A stretch of DNA of 64,000 nucleotides from assembly GCA_946965045.2 (NCBI GenBank), contig OX337237.1, positions 558,001-622,000 of the forward strand. The letters run 5' to 3'. Positions 1 through 9,806 of the stretch are shown in pieces (position 1 is the stretch's first letter; each line of letters opens with the position of its first letter). The notes below the pieces were generated by a model that saw only the letters and a list, made by a program, of their open reading frames with translations, was not told the origin of the DNA and made no database searches. The position numbers and the translations under genes were made by a program. Source of the DNA: Epithemia pelagica. Lineage: Eukaryota > Protista > Bacillariophyta.

Positions 1-12
1 TTCTATACTTGT

Positions 13-3000
13 TTGAAATTGATGGTCCATCACAACCATCAGAACCTAGTATATGTTGACAAAGTAACATTCGATGAAGCAAACAGGAACCCATTTCCTA
101 AGAAAATTCCTATGTCATCATGGAGACAACAGGATCCGAACACACTGATATTGGCGATCATTGCCTTGACAACAGCAACTGATGTCAGCGACCCAGCTTT
201 ATTGGCTTTCGAAATCGACAAAAAGATACTTCATATCTACGAACCAATACATAATCGATCAGACCAATACTGGGAAGGAACGACGCGTCATGTACTACGG
301 AAATGGGACCTGGTCAATACGTCAAAAGGTGCCCCGCCTGTCAGTCTATGTTATGACCCATCATTAGTGGAAGAAGATGAAACAACACATGATACAAACA
401 AGGAATGTAACAAGTGGCGATATCGCATTGTGAAAATGCCAGAACCTAAGAAGGATACTCCAAAGCCAATGCCACAAGCTATTGTGATCAGAATGCTTGG
501 AAACATAATGAGTAGTCGACCAAACCCGGGTCGGAAAGAAGGTCAGATAGACAAGAGTATGACGATATCCAATTGTTTTTCGAGTAATCAAATACGGTAC
601 AATAATGAATTTTCGAGAGGACTAGAGCATGCTGTTGAAGGCAATTCGATTTCTCCTTTGGTGTTGGGACCTGACAATTTCGATGGCAACAGCGACGACG
701 ATCCTGTTGAAGTGGGGTTTTCACGTGGTACCGATAAATACGAATACCAGGAGAACGTCGATCTATCTGATGGTGGGTGTTCAGAGACGTGGACTACGGA
801 TGGTGACATATTGTTCATACCGTGCCCGAGGGTGGGATTAGAACCCAAGGAGGTGTTACTTGACTCCAAACTTTCCAAGAGAGATATAAATCGATTGCTA
901 CCGACCGTTGTATATTGTCCAGATTCTTGTGTATGCTGTAACAGGGCATTGAAAACAGATACAGACAGCGAAGTCTGTACCCTCATCCCATGTGGACATC
1001 TGGTTCACGGAAATTGCTTACGAATACGGTTCAAGTATCATAATGTATGGTGTCCCCAGTGTGGACAAAAGATCAAGAGTAACATCCACATGTTTGGTGC
1101 GGAGAAGATAGAGGGACACAAGAAAACAGCGGAAGACACTACAACTACGAGCGAGGGATTCCCTCAAGAGGGACATAGGAAAACAGTCAAAGACACTACA
1201 ACTACGATTGAGGGACGCCCTGAAGAATCATCAAAAAAAACACCCGTGAGTAACAAGCCATCAACACTAGAACAAAGAGGAGTTGAGACAAAATACAAGC
1301 CCGAGGTTTGTTCGATTTGTATGACCAGAAAAGTGGATTGCGAACTGTTTCTTTGTAGACATACATTTTGTCGGGAATGTGTTGGAGATTGGATGCAGCG
1401 GGGCCACAACACATGTATGGTGTGCAGCCAGGATATTCAAAGTCTATTGTACTTCTGTCCTATGACACGTTCTGTTCAAAGAACATATACTCATCCTTCT
1501 GAACACAAAGCAATCTATCAGTCACCAGAGGGTGAGAAGCCTAAATACCAGCAATGGGGAGGAAATAACTCATCACGTTCCGTTGCAATGCCTGCGAATT
1601 GGGGTAACCGGAGTGAGCTGCCTGAAGAAAGACATAGAACAGAGCAAACCCAACATGATAACGAAAGAACCAAGGACAAGAGAGAGAATCCACATGGGCT
1701 GTGGGGAGGACGGAATCAGAACAACGTCCTATCGACAACTCGAAGCCCCAGAACAAATGAGTGGGGTTCGCTACCTGAACATGACAGACCAGTGTATTGT
1801 AAGCATGGACAGAATCGATTCAATGATGATCATCCAGGATCGAGAGGATCTAATACATCGGATTATCATGGGTCTCGTCATTCACATTTCGATCAAGATA
1901 ACCAACAAACTAGAAGAGGAGTCATTGAACGACAAGACCAACATGGATACCATGATAACCACCAAGACGAGTCTAGAGGGAGAAGAGATCAAATCATGGA
2001 AAACACTTACCGGGATAGAAAAAGAAGACATGATAATCAAAATCAATTGTCTAATCGACATTCGATGGATTGGAGGAGATTCTCTGGATACAACGAACAT
2101 TCGAGAGAACATACAAGGCACCATTCGGTATATAGAGATAGCCACAATCAATGGTCTAATCGACATCCGATGGATCCGATGGATTGGGAGAGATTCCCTG
2201 GATACAACGAACATTCCAGGCACCATTTGTCACTTAGAGACAGTCATCCTGGACACAACGATCATTCTAGGCGTACCCGTCAGAGAGAGCCTAACCGTCC
2301 CTCAACTGATAGAGGTAATAGTCAACCAAATCAATCACCTCGTAGAGAGAGAGAAAAGGACATTCATCACACTACAGCGAGTCGTGGAGGGCAGGATGGC
2401 CTATCCAAACTTGGTTGGAATTCCAAGGACAATCAGGAGAGGGATGATCGGAACAGACAGAGCGGTCAGAAAGCAACCTCCAGTCACCAAGATGAATGTG
2501 GACAAGGAGAAGAGATACAAAGCAGAGATGGCAACGGTTCTACAGACAAACAAAAGGGCAAGGAATGTGGCAAGCAAGAGATTGTTGCTTACGAACAACA
2601 CGGAAATTCTGGAGAGAACGGGTCTAAGAATGCCAACAACACACCTGACAGTGATAATCCGTCTAGCTGTCACAATGACAGTGTCAACCAAGATGATGCG
2701 ACACAAACCAAAGAAGGAAAGGATAGTACAGACAAACAAAAAGGTAGCAACAAGAACAACGATGACCAAATGACAAAAAACGACCATAACAAGGGAAGTA
2801 GCATCAACACGACAACACAAACGGATCAGCGCATACAAGACGAACGAGGTACGAAGGAGATTCACAAGTCTCCAATACACGGTAATCATGACGATACTGA
2901 CGAACAGAATACTTCACCGGAAAGGAAAAGAAAAGAATCTAAGACCATTGGTTCATCCAGGGGACTACCCACGAACAAGCAACGACGACAAGAGGGCCTA

Positions 3001-4899
3001 TCGAAGTTGACACTAACACATGAAACGATGAAGAAGTATAAGAGACGACAGGCTGAGAAACCTAGCCATTTGACGACAAAATTCTCCAAACCAAATGAAT
3101 CCGATCATACAGAAATGTGTTTTTTTGGAATTCCTGACATGGACAAGGTAGCAAAAAGACTACGCGACTTACTATCACTCTGTCTCAGTAGCAATGATGA
3201 TCGGAGAATGTTCGGCATCTGCTATACAAAGGTTCTGAAAGACTACGACATCACACCAACAGACCTCCAGACAATCATGGGAAAATTACCTAACATATAC
3301 GAACAAATGAAAGACATGGTTGGTGAGGTGACGGAAGATCCAGCAAGCCATTGTTGTTTCGAAGACAACAAGCTTCATGTGACAGAATGTGACCCGAAGT
3401 TCTTAACAACCCGGTCTCCATGTGCCTTCTTGGTAGAATGTGTACTGAATCGCTGTCAACGACATAAGGGACATCGGAAATACCCCAAAACCGTGTGGTC
3501 TGCGTTTGACGATACAATCTTCCATTGTCGCACATCCAAGAAAAACTGTGATGATTGTATGGACCATATTTTCCATGACGTGATCGTTATCATCCCTTTG
3601 GCCGGTATTTTTTATACTTCGGCAATGATAATGAATACTGGGTATGCAACATCGGAATGCACTTCATCTTTGGTAGCACTACCTATATCCTGGCTGCGCT
3701 TACGACATTCCGACGGCCAACCAAGTGGTGGGGCATTCCTCAAAAAGGTTGTCAAGTGTTGGTGTATTGATTGGACACAAAGTGCAAAGAGAGTTGTCCA
3801 TGAATGCTACCAAGCGTCTGATGTTGAAAGTGGTTCTCCACTTTGGGCCCCTGATCATTACACAAGTGAAAAGTCCAGACCAAAAATGACACCAAATGAC
3901 CAACATTCTCTTAGAGTGTGGTATCGTGAAACACTGCTGAATAAAGCCAGTGCTAACAAGACTGGATGCCGAAAGTACGTCCATGGAGCATTGTATAGAA
4001 ACCTGTCCCCTCCGCCTGATACTTCGGTCCGTCCGCTCCTGTTTGATGTAAGGGATACCGGAGAAGATACAACATTCATTGTTCGGACACGTGGGTACGC
4101 GGGTAAAAACGAAACCATCAGCCATATCAAAGTGACAACACTTCAGCAAAATGACAAAAACCTACTTTCATTGTTACACAAGAGGTCATGTCACTTCGCG
4201 CAGAGCGGTACACTAGAGAGATCAGCCAATGCAAGGTGTAACCATGGTGATATGGGGACCATGACATCTGTTGGTGTGTGCACAAAAACGGGTGGCAGAA
4301 GTACATTCTTTTCTGACAAACTTTTCAAAATATCTCCAAACATGATGAATATATTGCCAAAAATCTGTGGAGGTGTTCGGCGATTCTGTGAGAGGAAATT
4401 CCCTGGTGTGTTATCGGCTTTCAGACACCTGGAAACAAACTTCGGTTTGGATGTCCCAAACGAATTGGGAGGAAACGAAAGGGGTGTGTCATCATCCATC
4501 ATTTTGAGTTGCGATTTGATGAATGCAAGCCACTATGATATTCATGATGCATCAGTGTCCTTTACAATCTGGACAGAAACCAACCCGGGCAGCACCAACA
4601 ATTGGTATTTTGTCCTTCCCAATGTCCTTATAAAGCATAAGGACATGACTTATCATGGGCTTTGTATCCGGTTATTCCATGGCATTGCGATCGCATGGGA
4701 CGGGAGAATCATCAGACATGGAACATCTGTCCATACACACTCCATACCACCGAAAGACAAGAATGTGGGAAATCATACGATTGGTTGGTTTTTTAGCACA
4801 AATGCAAGATCTTTGAGTGCTACCGTAACACAAAACGAGGATGACAATTCTCATGAAATTGGAGGCTTTGCGTCGGGCCAGAAATCTAGTGACGAATAG
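13..4899 (+). CDS. Large protein: two RING fingers, long low-complexity linker, Cys/His cluster, C-terminal TET/JBP-like 2OG-Fe(II) dioxygenase domain
   Basis: RING1 CVCC...CGHLVHGNC...CPQC (928-1062) and RING2 CSIC...CRHTFCREC...CMVC (1309-1425). The C-terminus has R..GDMGTM..VG (4234-4272), HYDIHD (HxD at 4531/4537) and distal RHGTS (His at 4717), the TET/JBP layout. The frame is open back to base 1, so the true start may lie outside the window; first in-window ATG is at 22. Confidence 0.75.
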   Translation: MKLMVHHNHQNLVYVDKVTFDEANRNPFPKKIPMSSWRQQDPNTLILAIIALTTATDVSDPALLAFEIDKKILHIYEPIHNRSDQYWEGTTRHVLRKWDLVNTSKGAPPVSLCYDPSLVEEDETTHDTNKECNKWRYRIVKMPEPKKDTPKPMPQAIVIRMLGNIMSSRPNPGRKEGQIDKSMTISNCFSSNQIRYNNEFSRGLEHAVEGNSISPLVLGPDNFDGNSDDDPVEVGFSRGTDKYEYQENVDLSDGGCSETWTTDGDILFIPCPRVGLEPKEVLLDSKLSKRDINRLLPTVVYCPDSCVCCNRALKTDTDSEVCTLIPCGHLVHGNCLRIRFKYHNVWCPQCGQKIKSNIHMFGAEKIEGHKKTAEDTTTTSEGFPQEGHRKTVKDTTTTIEGRPEESSKKTPVSNKPSTLEQRGVETKYKPEVCSICMTRKVDCELFLCRHTFCRECVGDWMQRGHNTCMVCSQDIQSLLYFCPMTRSVQRTYTHPSEHKAIYQSPEGEKPKYQQWGGNNSSRSVAMPANWGNRSELPEERHRTEQTQHDNERTKDKRENPHGLWGGRNQNNVLSTTRSPRTNEWGSLPEHDRPVYCKHGQNRFNDDHPGSRGSNTSDYHGSRHSHFDQDNQQTRRGVIERQDQHGYHDNHQDESRGRRDQIMENTYRDRKRRHDNQNQLSNRHSMDWRRFSGYNEHSREHTRHHSVYRDSHNQWSNRHPMDPMDWERFPGYNEHSRHHLSLRDSHPGHNDHSRRTRQREPNRPSTDRGNSQPNQSPRREREKDIHHTTASRGGQDGLSKLGWNSKDNQERDDRNRQSGQKATSSHQDECGQGEEIQSRDGNGSTDKQKGKECGKQEIVAYEQHGNSGENGSKNANNTPDSDNPSSCHNDSVNQDDATQTKEGKDSTDKQKGSNKNNDDQMTKNDHNKGSSINTTTQTDQRIQDERGTKEIHKSPIHGNHDDTDEQNTSPERKRKESKTIGSSRGLPTNKQRRQEGLSKLTLTHETMKKYKRRQAEKPSHLTTKFSKPNESDHTEMCFFGIPDMDKVAKRLRDLLSLCLSSNDDRRMFGICYTKVLKDYDITPTDLQTIMGKLPNIYEQMKDMVGEVTEDPASHCCFEDNKLHVTECDPKFLTTRSPCAFLVECVLNRCQRHKGHRKYPKTVWSAFDDTIFHCRTSKKNCDDCMDHIFHDVIVIIPLAGIFYTSAMIMNTGYATSECTSSLVALPISWLRLRHSDGQPSGGAFLKKVVKCWCIDWTQSAKRVVHECYQASDVESGSPLWAPDHYTSEKSRPKMTPNDQHSLRVWYRETLLNKASANKTGCRKYVHGALYRNLSPPPDTSVRPLLFDVRDTGEDTTFIVRTRGYAGKNETISHIKVTTLQQNDKNLLSLLHKRSCHFAQSGTLERSANARCNHGDMGTMTSVGVCTKTGGRSTFFSDKLFKISPNMMNILPKICGGVRRFCERKFPGVLSAFRHLETNFGLDVPNELGGNERGVSSSIILSCDLMNASHYDIHDASVSFTIWTETNPGSTNNWYFVLPNVLIKHKDMTYHGLCIRLFHGIAIAWDGRIIRHGTSVHTHSIPPKDKNVGNHTIGWFFSTNARSLSATVTQNEDDNSHEIGGFASGQKSSDE

Positions 4900-4966
4900 A
4901 GATTTCTAATATACAAGACCATGCCCACCTATCAGCAAAACCACTACCTACCATCAATCAATGCCT

Positions 4967-5218
4967 ATGATACCCCAAGGGTCTCTAGAAAATTTGGAGC
5001 CATTCGATTTCTAGAAGAATGTCTTTGCTCCATGTCCATAGAATTTTGGGACGACGGCAACACCACACCGGTAGGGTCTATTGCAAGTCTTTTGGTTGAT
5101 GATAGACAAATTCAGAGCCTTTACCGTCCATGCAAATGATACCCAAATGGTCTATACGAAAATTTGGAGCCATTCGAGTTCTAGAAGCATGTCATTGTTC
5201 CATGTCCATGGAATTTTG
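4967..5218. repeat. Imperfect ~83-bp direct repeat, two copies (4967-5048 and 5136-5218)
   Basis: Both copies read ATGATACCC..GGTCT.TA.GAAAATTTGGAGCCATTCGA.TTCTAGAAG.ATGTC.TTG.TCCATGTCCAT.GAATTTTG; spacing is about 169 bp. Confidence 0.85.
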
Positions 5219-5380
5219 CAAAGCCACACCGATAGGTCAGCCCAGCGAGTGAAACGCGACCATGTTGGGAATGATTACACTTATCCTCACAGTATGTGGT
5301 AATACTCACAGTGAATAGTATAGTGTGACGATTTCTGTACACAAACGCGACCGATCGGTTATCCGTGGATCTATTTCCAG

Positions 5381-6448
5381 TTGAACTCTCGTTCATATGA
5401 CAGCAGAGGTTTCATAAAAATCCAAAGAAGAAGCAACAAGTACAGGTATTTGCATTCACAGCAAAACGAAGAGAAGGATACTGCAAACAGAATGGCTGAC
5501 AATCCAGAGGACCAACCGGAGGATGAATCGGGAGATGAATCGGAGGAAGAAGAATCGGAGGAAGAAGATTTTTATGTTCGGGAACGTAGACGACGACGAG
5601 AAATGCGGGCGATCAACGACAGGAATTTGGAAGTGAATGATCGGCCTTGTTTCAGGGACGCTGGGAGGATCTTTTTTGATTACGATAATGAAGAAGAAGA
5701 TGTACCACAAGTCATAGAACAACTCAGAGAAGAGATGCGTGTCGGTCATGAAATCCAGACTGAATTCAAACGGTTGGTGGACGAAATGCTTAGAGGTGAG
5801 AAACTCTGTCCATACTGTGTTATCCTTGGTCGTCCCACACCACATCACCAGTGCAATCATGGAAATACTACAGTGGTAACACGTGCGGCATATCTCGATT
5901 ATTCAGTTATCTGGCAGCAGAATTTTTTGATGCGTTGTAACTTATGTCACCGCCACAGGCATCCAACATTTCATTGTCAGGTGTGTAGGGAATTTTTCCG
6001 AATTCCCGAACGCTCAATACCTTTTGGGATTCCACAACCAGATTTGGATTCATGCAGTGTCTGTGTGGAATCTGAGAACAAGCACTTCGTGTGGCAGTTC
6101 TGTATGCTCATACGCCATATTGTGGCGCGTACTTTTCAAATAACATCATTTTACGATGGTGTGAACTTTCCCCGTCAAATCACCTGGCCAATGTTTACTA
6201 TTGTCCGCAGCGTTTGGCTTGAGGAATTGCGATCCCGTTTCTATTTTGATGATAACGATTGTGCCCCATACGATTATGCCCGAGCATCTGATAAAACATG
6301 GGCAGTATGGTTGCTTTCGTTGCCTCATTCTACGGCTGGTTTTCGCAACTACATGCCACTCTTTGTCAGGTGCTTCCGTAATTGTCTCGAAAGAATGGCT
6401 GAGACGGCGGAGTTGGAACGTGGAAATATGGATGGTAATGATCATTGA
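5381..6448 (+). CDS. Hypothetical Cys/His-rich (Zn-binding) protein with acidic N-terminus; paralogue of 6510-7637
   Basis: 355-codon ORF; first ATG at 5492, and a TTCCAG acceptor-like site immediately precedes 5381. Motifs CPYC, CNLC, CQVC, CSVC, NKHFVWQFC, WAVWLLS and NYMPLF. Confidence 0.65.
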   Translation: MNSRSYDSRGFIKIQRRSNKYRYLHSQQNEEKDTANRMADNPEDQPEDESGDESEEEESEEEDFYVRERRRRREMRAINDRNLEVNDRPCFRDAGRIFFDYDNEEEDVPQVIEQLREEMRVGHEIQTEFKRLVDEMLRGEKLCPYCVILGRPTPHHQCNHGNTTVVTRAAYLDYSVIWQQNFLMRCNLCHRHRHPTFHCQVCREFFRIPERSIPFGIPQPDLDSCSVCVESENKHFVWQFCMLIRHIVARTFQITSFYDGVNFPRQITWPMFTIVRSVWLEELRSRFYFDDNDCAPYDYARASDKTWAVWLLSLPHSTAGFRNYMPLFVRCFRNCLERMAETAELERGNMDGNDH

Positions 6449-6509
6449 CATATATTATAAATCTTGTTATCTGTTCCCAGTTTGCCTTTCGAAGAAGTCG
6501 AGAGTTTGT

Positions 6510-7637
6510 TTAATACAATGGTTTCGATGAACACATCAAGGCTGTGTAACAATGACGGAAGAACGGCATGTAATTGTAGTATCGACCGAAAGACATGGAG
6601 ACAAGCCATTTAGACCAGGAGTCTTGGTCAAGAACATGACAAAATGGAGATGTGTACTGAGAAGACTCCATCGGATCTCGCAGTTCGTTGTACATCAACT
6701 CTGTTGCGTTTTTGATAATATCCTGTGCATGTTTGGGAATCGTGCCTGGTCCTTTGCAATTGGGCTTCAATTGTGAGTACACCAACGCCCGTCCAGCAAT
6801 ATGACAGAATCGCCAGACGAAGTACTTGTTGCAAGAGTTCCAACAACCATGCGAGAAGACGCATTCTGAATAAGAATTGCATGGCCTTAAGCAAGACTTA
6901 CACACCAATGGAACCTTGTTTATGTCTGATTCTTCGCGTGTGATATTCATCGAATCATGGATATACAGGGCTTCGGTGCAACAACGTTCATTCCCACCTG
7001 AATCACATCCGTTCATGGGCACTCCACAACCATAACAACAATCGGCACATGAGAGAGATTTACCGAAGCGATGCCAACATTTTCCTGTAAGTCTACGATC
7101 TGTTGAAAGGTTGTCGGTTACAAAACACCAAGGACAGACTGGCTCTGGGGGAACATCATTGGATCCATAGATTTTATTGACAAGCTCAGTGAACCGAATA
7201 ACTTCGAGATGCAGCTTATCTCGGTTTGCTCTTGGTTTACACATTGGAGGAGAGTCATGTAATAGCAAGATTGGAATAGTAGATGGATCGGCAACCTTGA
7301 GCTTCTTCTTATATGGGTTTGGGATCAACTGATACGATGGGCGCTTGATTGGTGGAAGTTTCTTCTCCTCTTCTTCCTTGGTATCAAGCTTAGAAGACGG
7401 AAGTGGATGACATTTGATTATTGATTTGGACGCAGGCGGTGGCTTCTTGTCATGTTCACCGTCGCAAGTTTTCGGGGTTGGAGAGTGCGTTTTGACCATT
7501 GGGGTCTCTATTTCCTCTAGCTCGTATGGGTTGATCATCATTTCTTCATTAGATGGAGGTATCTTTGTGACTGGAAAGTTTGGTTTGACCACCAAGGGTG
7601 GAACTGTTTTCTTCCTCGATTTGTATGGGTTGATCAT
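6510..7637 (-). CDS. Hypothetical Cys-rich (Zn-binding) protein with Pro/Lys-rich N-terminus; paralogue of 5381-6448
   Basis: 375-aa ATG-started ORF with CPWC, CCYGCGVP..GC, NKYFVWRFC, WSKWLVS and NYMPFF; INPY/PNPY occurs three times in the N-terminus. Confidence 0.7.
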   Translation of the reverse strand: MINPYKSRKKTVPPLVVKPNFPVTKIPPSNEEMMINPYELEEIETPMVKTHSPTPKTCDGEHDKKPPPASKSIIKCHPLPSSKLDTKEEEEKKLPPIKRPSYQLIPNPYKKKLKVADPSTIPILLLHDSPPMCKPRANRDKLHLEVIRFTELVNKIYGSNDVPPEPVCPWCFVTDNLSTDRRLTGKCWHRFGKSLSCADCCYGCGVPMNGCDSGGNERCCTEALYIHDSMNITREESDINKVPLVCKSCLRPCNSYSECVFSHGCWNSCNKYFVWRFCHIAGRALVYSQLKPNCKGPGTIPKHAQDIIKNATELMYNELRDPMESSQYTSPFCHVLDQDSWSKWLVSMSFGRYYNYMPFFRHCYTALMCSSKPLY

Positions 7638-7832
7638 TGTTTGAAGAGGAGTAGAATAGCTTTACTGACTGAAGACTGAGGATGACTTTTGGAAAACGAT
7701 GGAAAGTATCTACTATTTCATCCAATTTGTGTGTGACACTCTGAGTTGAATTGGTCGGCTCGCGTACGGTTGGGGGGGAGATTAGGAGGGGAGTGCTGGT
7801 ATGTGACAACCCCCCATAGAGGCAAATTATGA

Positions 7833-9035
7833 TCATGACGTCGAATTGCTAACGGATTGTTTCAATCTTTCTTTCATTTCATTACAGCGTTTCTCGAGAT
7901 TGTCACGGGCACTTTCATTGAATTCGGAAGCCCATTCTTTGATGTTGCGTACGGCCCAGACATTGTCACTAAAGTTTCTCAAATTACGACTGTCTTCTTG
8001 GAGTAAATCTTTTTCAAGTGAAGAATGGAAATATGTTGGGATAGAATCACGGTCTTGAATCATTTCTGGGTTCTCATCCACTACACCAACAACCTCAACA
8101 ATATTCCGGAGTGGAACCATGACAATTTCAGCTATTCGATGTAGGTCAAAACGCTTACGCCATTTTTGAAAGAGAACGGATGATTTCTCGATATCAGCTG
8201 TACTCCGTACATATGTTGTTCGGAGAAGGACATGGGTCATCTCGGGTGAAGTTGAAGGTTGACATACCGGTGATGGTTGCATTTGTATGTGGTCTGTTCG
8301 AGTAATGGGTATTTGAATGAAGCATATCGTTTGACATAGGATGGTATCAAATTCTCCGAGAGGTTGGTTGTATACCTCATCAAGAGGTTTCCTTTTTTTC
8401 TTTGGAACTTTAGCCATCACCCAATCTCTCCATGGCCCCTCGCTTTGATAATTCGGATGAGCCCGTATATTTCCTATCCTGGGGTCTTCGAACTTAAGTT
8501 CTGTGCTCCCGAACCATTCCAGTGTGGTTGAAGTCTCATTTGTTGGATCATCACTCATCCCGTCTATATGATGAAAAAAGCGTTTGTAATGTAATCGAAA
8601 GAAGTGATTACAAAACTGTGGCAATGTCATGTCATGATTTGTTTTGGAATGGAATTCAATATTCACTGATACCACATCCTCCTCGTGTGGTGCTGCTGTC
8701 AATCGCCTGTGTACACTACTCGTCTGGTTTCGGTTTGATCCGTCTTGTTCTTTTCTGGTCGTGCCTGGAACTTGAATCGACATACCCAATGGAGACGGAA
8801 GATCCTTGTCTATTTCATCTGATGACTGGTCTTGATTATCACCAGAAGTATGTACGTTCGTGTGAGGTACTGGAATCAAACATTTTTCTCTGGTCATGGA
8901 TACTACTATGACCGTTCCACGGCTATTCGAGGTTGATGTGGTAGGGAGTTGGTTTTGGGATCCCTTTTTTCTCCTTATTTCATAAGGCGACTTCCCTTCC
9001 TGGAGAAAGGTGACATGATCTTCTTCAAGACCTGT
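7833..9035 (-). pseudogene. 3' part of a Plavaka/CACTA-like transposase, 5'-truncated at an LTR
   Basis: The motif IRAHPNYQSEGPWRDWVMAK followed by CQTICFIQI resembles the C-terminal region of Plavaka-type transposases. The frame stays open upstream of the track start (8897) right up to the LTR edge at 9036. Confidence 0.55.
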
Positions 9036-9806
9036 TGAGACTGTTAATCTGGCAGAACTCTCATTGAGAATTCAGAAGGGTAATAGGTAGTTGGGTAAAA
9101 GGCTCGCTGAGCCGACAATCGAATCACCAACCGATACAACAATCCTCCACGGGTCAGAGAAGAGTTGCAAGTCGAAGTCTGCCGTGGGTGGGGGCAGTCG
9201 GTCCACTGATAAGAGGTTAGTCTTAAGATGAGTGTTAAAATGGTGATATTAATGATTGTGAGATGATTACTAACTAAGGTGTTTGATGAAGGTCGAGGTC
9301 CTGGCTTCTGTATACGGCCATGGATCTGGTGTGATAGGTCCTCAAATGGTTGGAGTAGACCTGCATTGTTGTATTGAAAGTATATGCAATTGTATATCAT
9401 ATACCAATGCCAACAGCTCTTGCTTTGTTGTGATATAGGTAGTTTTCTTGGCGCATTGTTGATTGCATTCTTGGAATTGTGGGAATGGAAATATGGTCTC
9501 GCGTGATCGTGATTCGTGCTTTGATTACTTAGGTCGTTGAGGTAAGTCGTGGAGGTGCTCACTCGGATCTTGATTGCGCGCGCTTGAGAATATTGGGCGC
9601 GCACGTGATGGGCCATAGTCAATATCCGAGCGGTCGCCGATAGCGCGTGCATTGCGAGCATGCCTTGGCCAAAATTAAAGGTCCGCGAGCATGCCGTCAT
9701 TCTTTTCTCACTTTTACACAAATGTCATCGGATGCCATAAAATACTAGCATCAGTCGATGTGTTGTAGATTCCACCACCACCTACTTAAAGGTGAGAATC
9801 CTAACA
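9036..9806 (-). repeat. 3' LTR (771 bp)
   Basis: TGAGACTGTT...ATCCTAACA on the plus strand; matches 13699-14469 with three substitutions seen (9180, 9455, 9647). Confidence 0.95.

Larger units (their letters stand above)
1..9035. mobile_element. Remnant of a Plavaka/CACTA-like DNA transposon with cargo genes; right part lost at an LTR junction, left end outside the window
   Basis: Four tightly packed intron-poor ORFs include a Plavaka-type transposase C-terminus and a TET/JBP-like gene, a linkage known from fungal Plavaka/KDZ elements. No terminus is visible. Confidence 0.5.

Noticed and set aside
9031-9035. CCTG present in both flanks of the LTR element as a 4-bp TSD
   Set aside because: It is offset by one base from the TG/CA ends on both sides, Copia TSDs are usually 5 bp, and the flanks belong to different genes.
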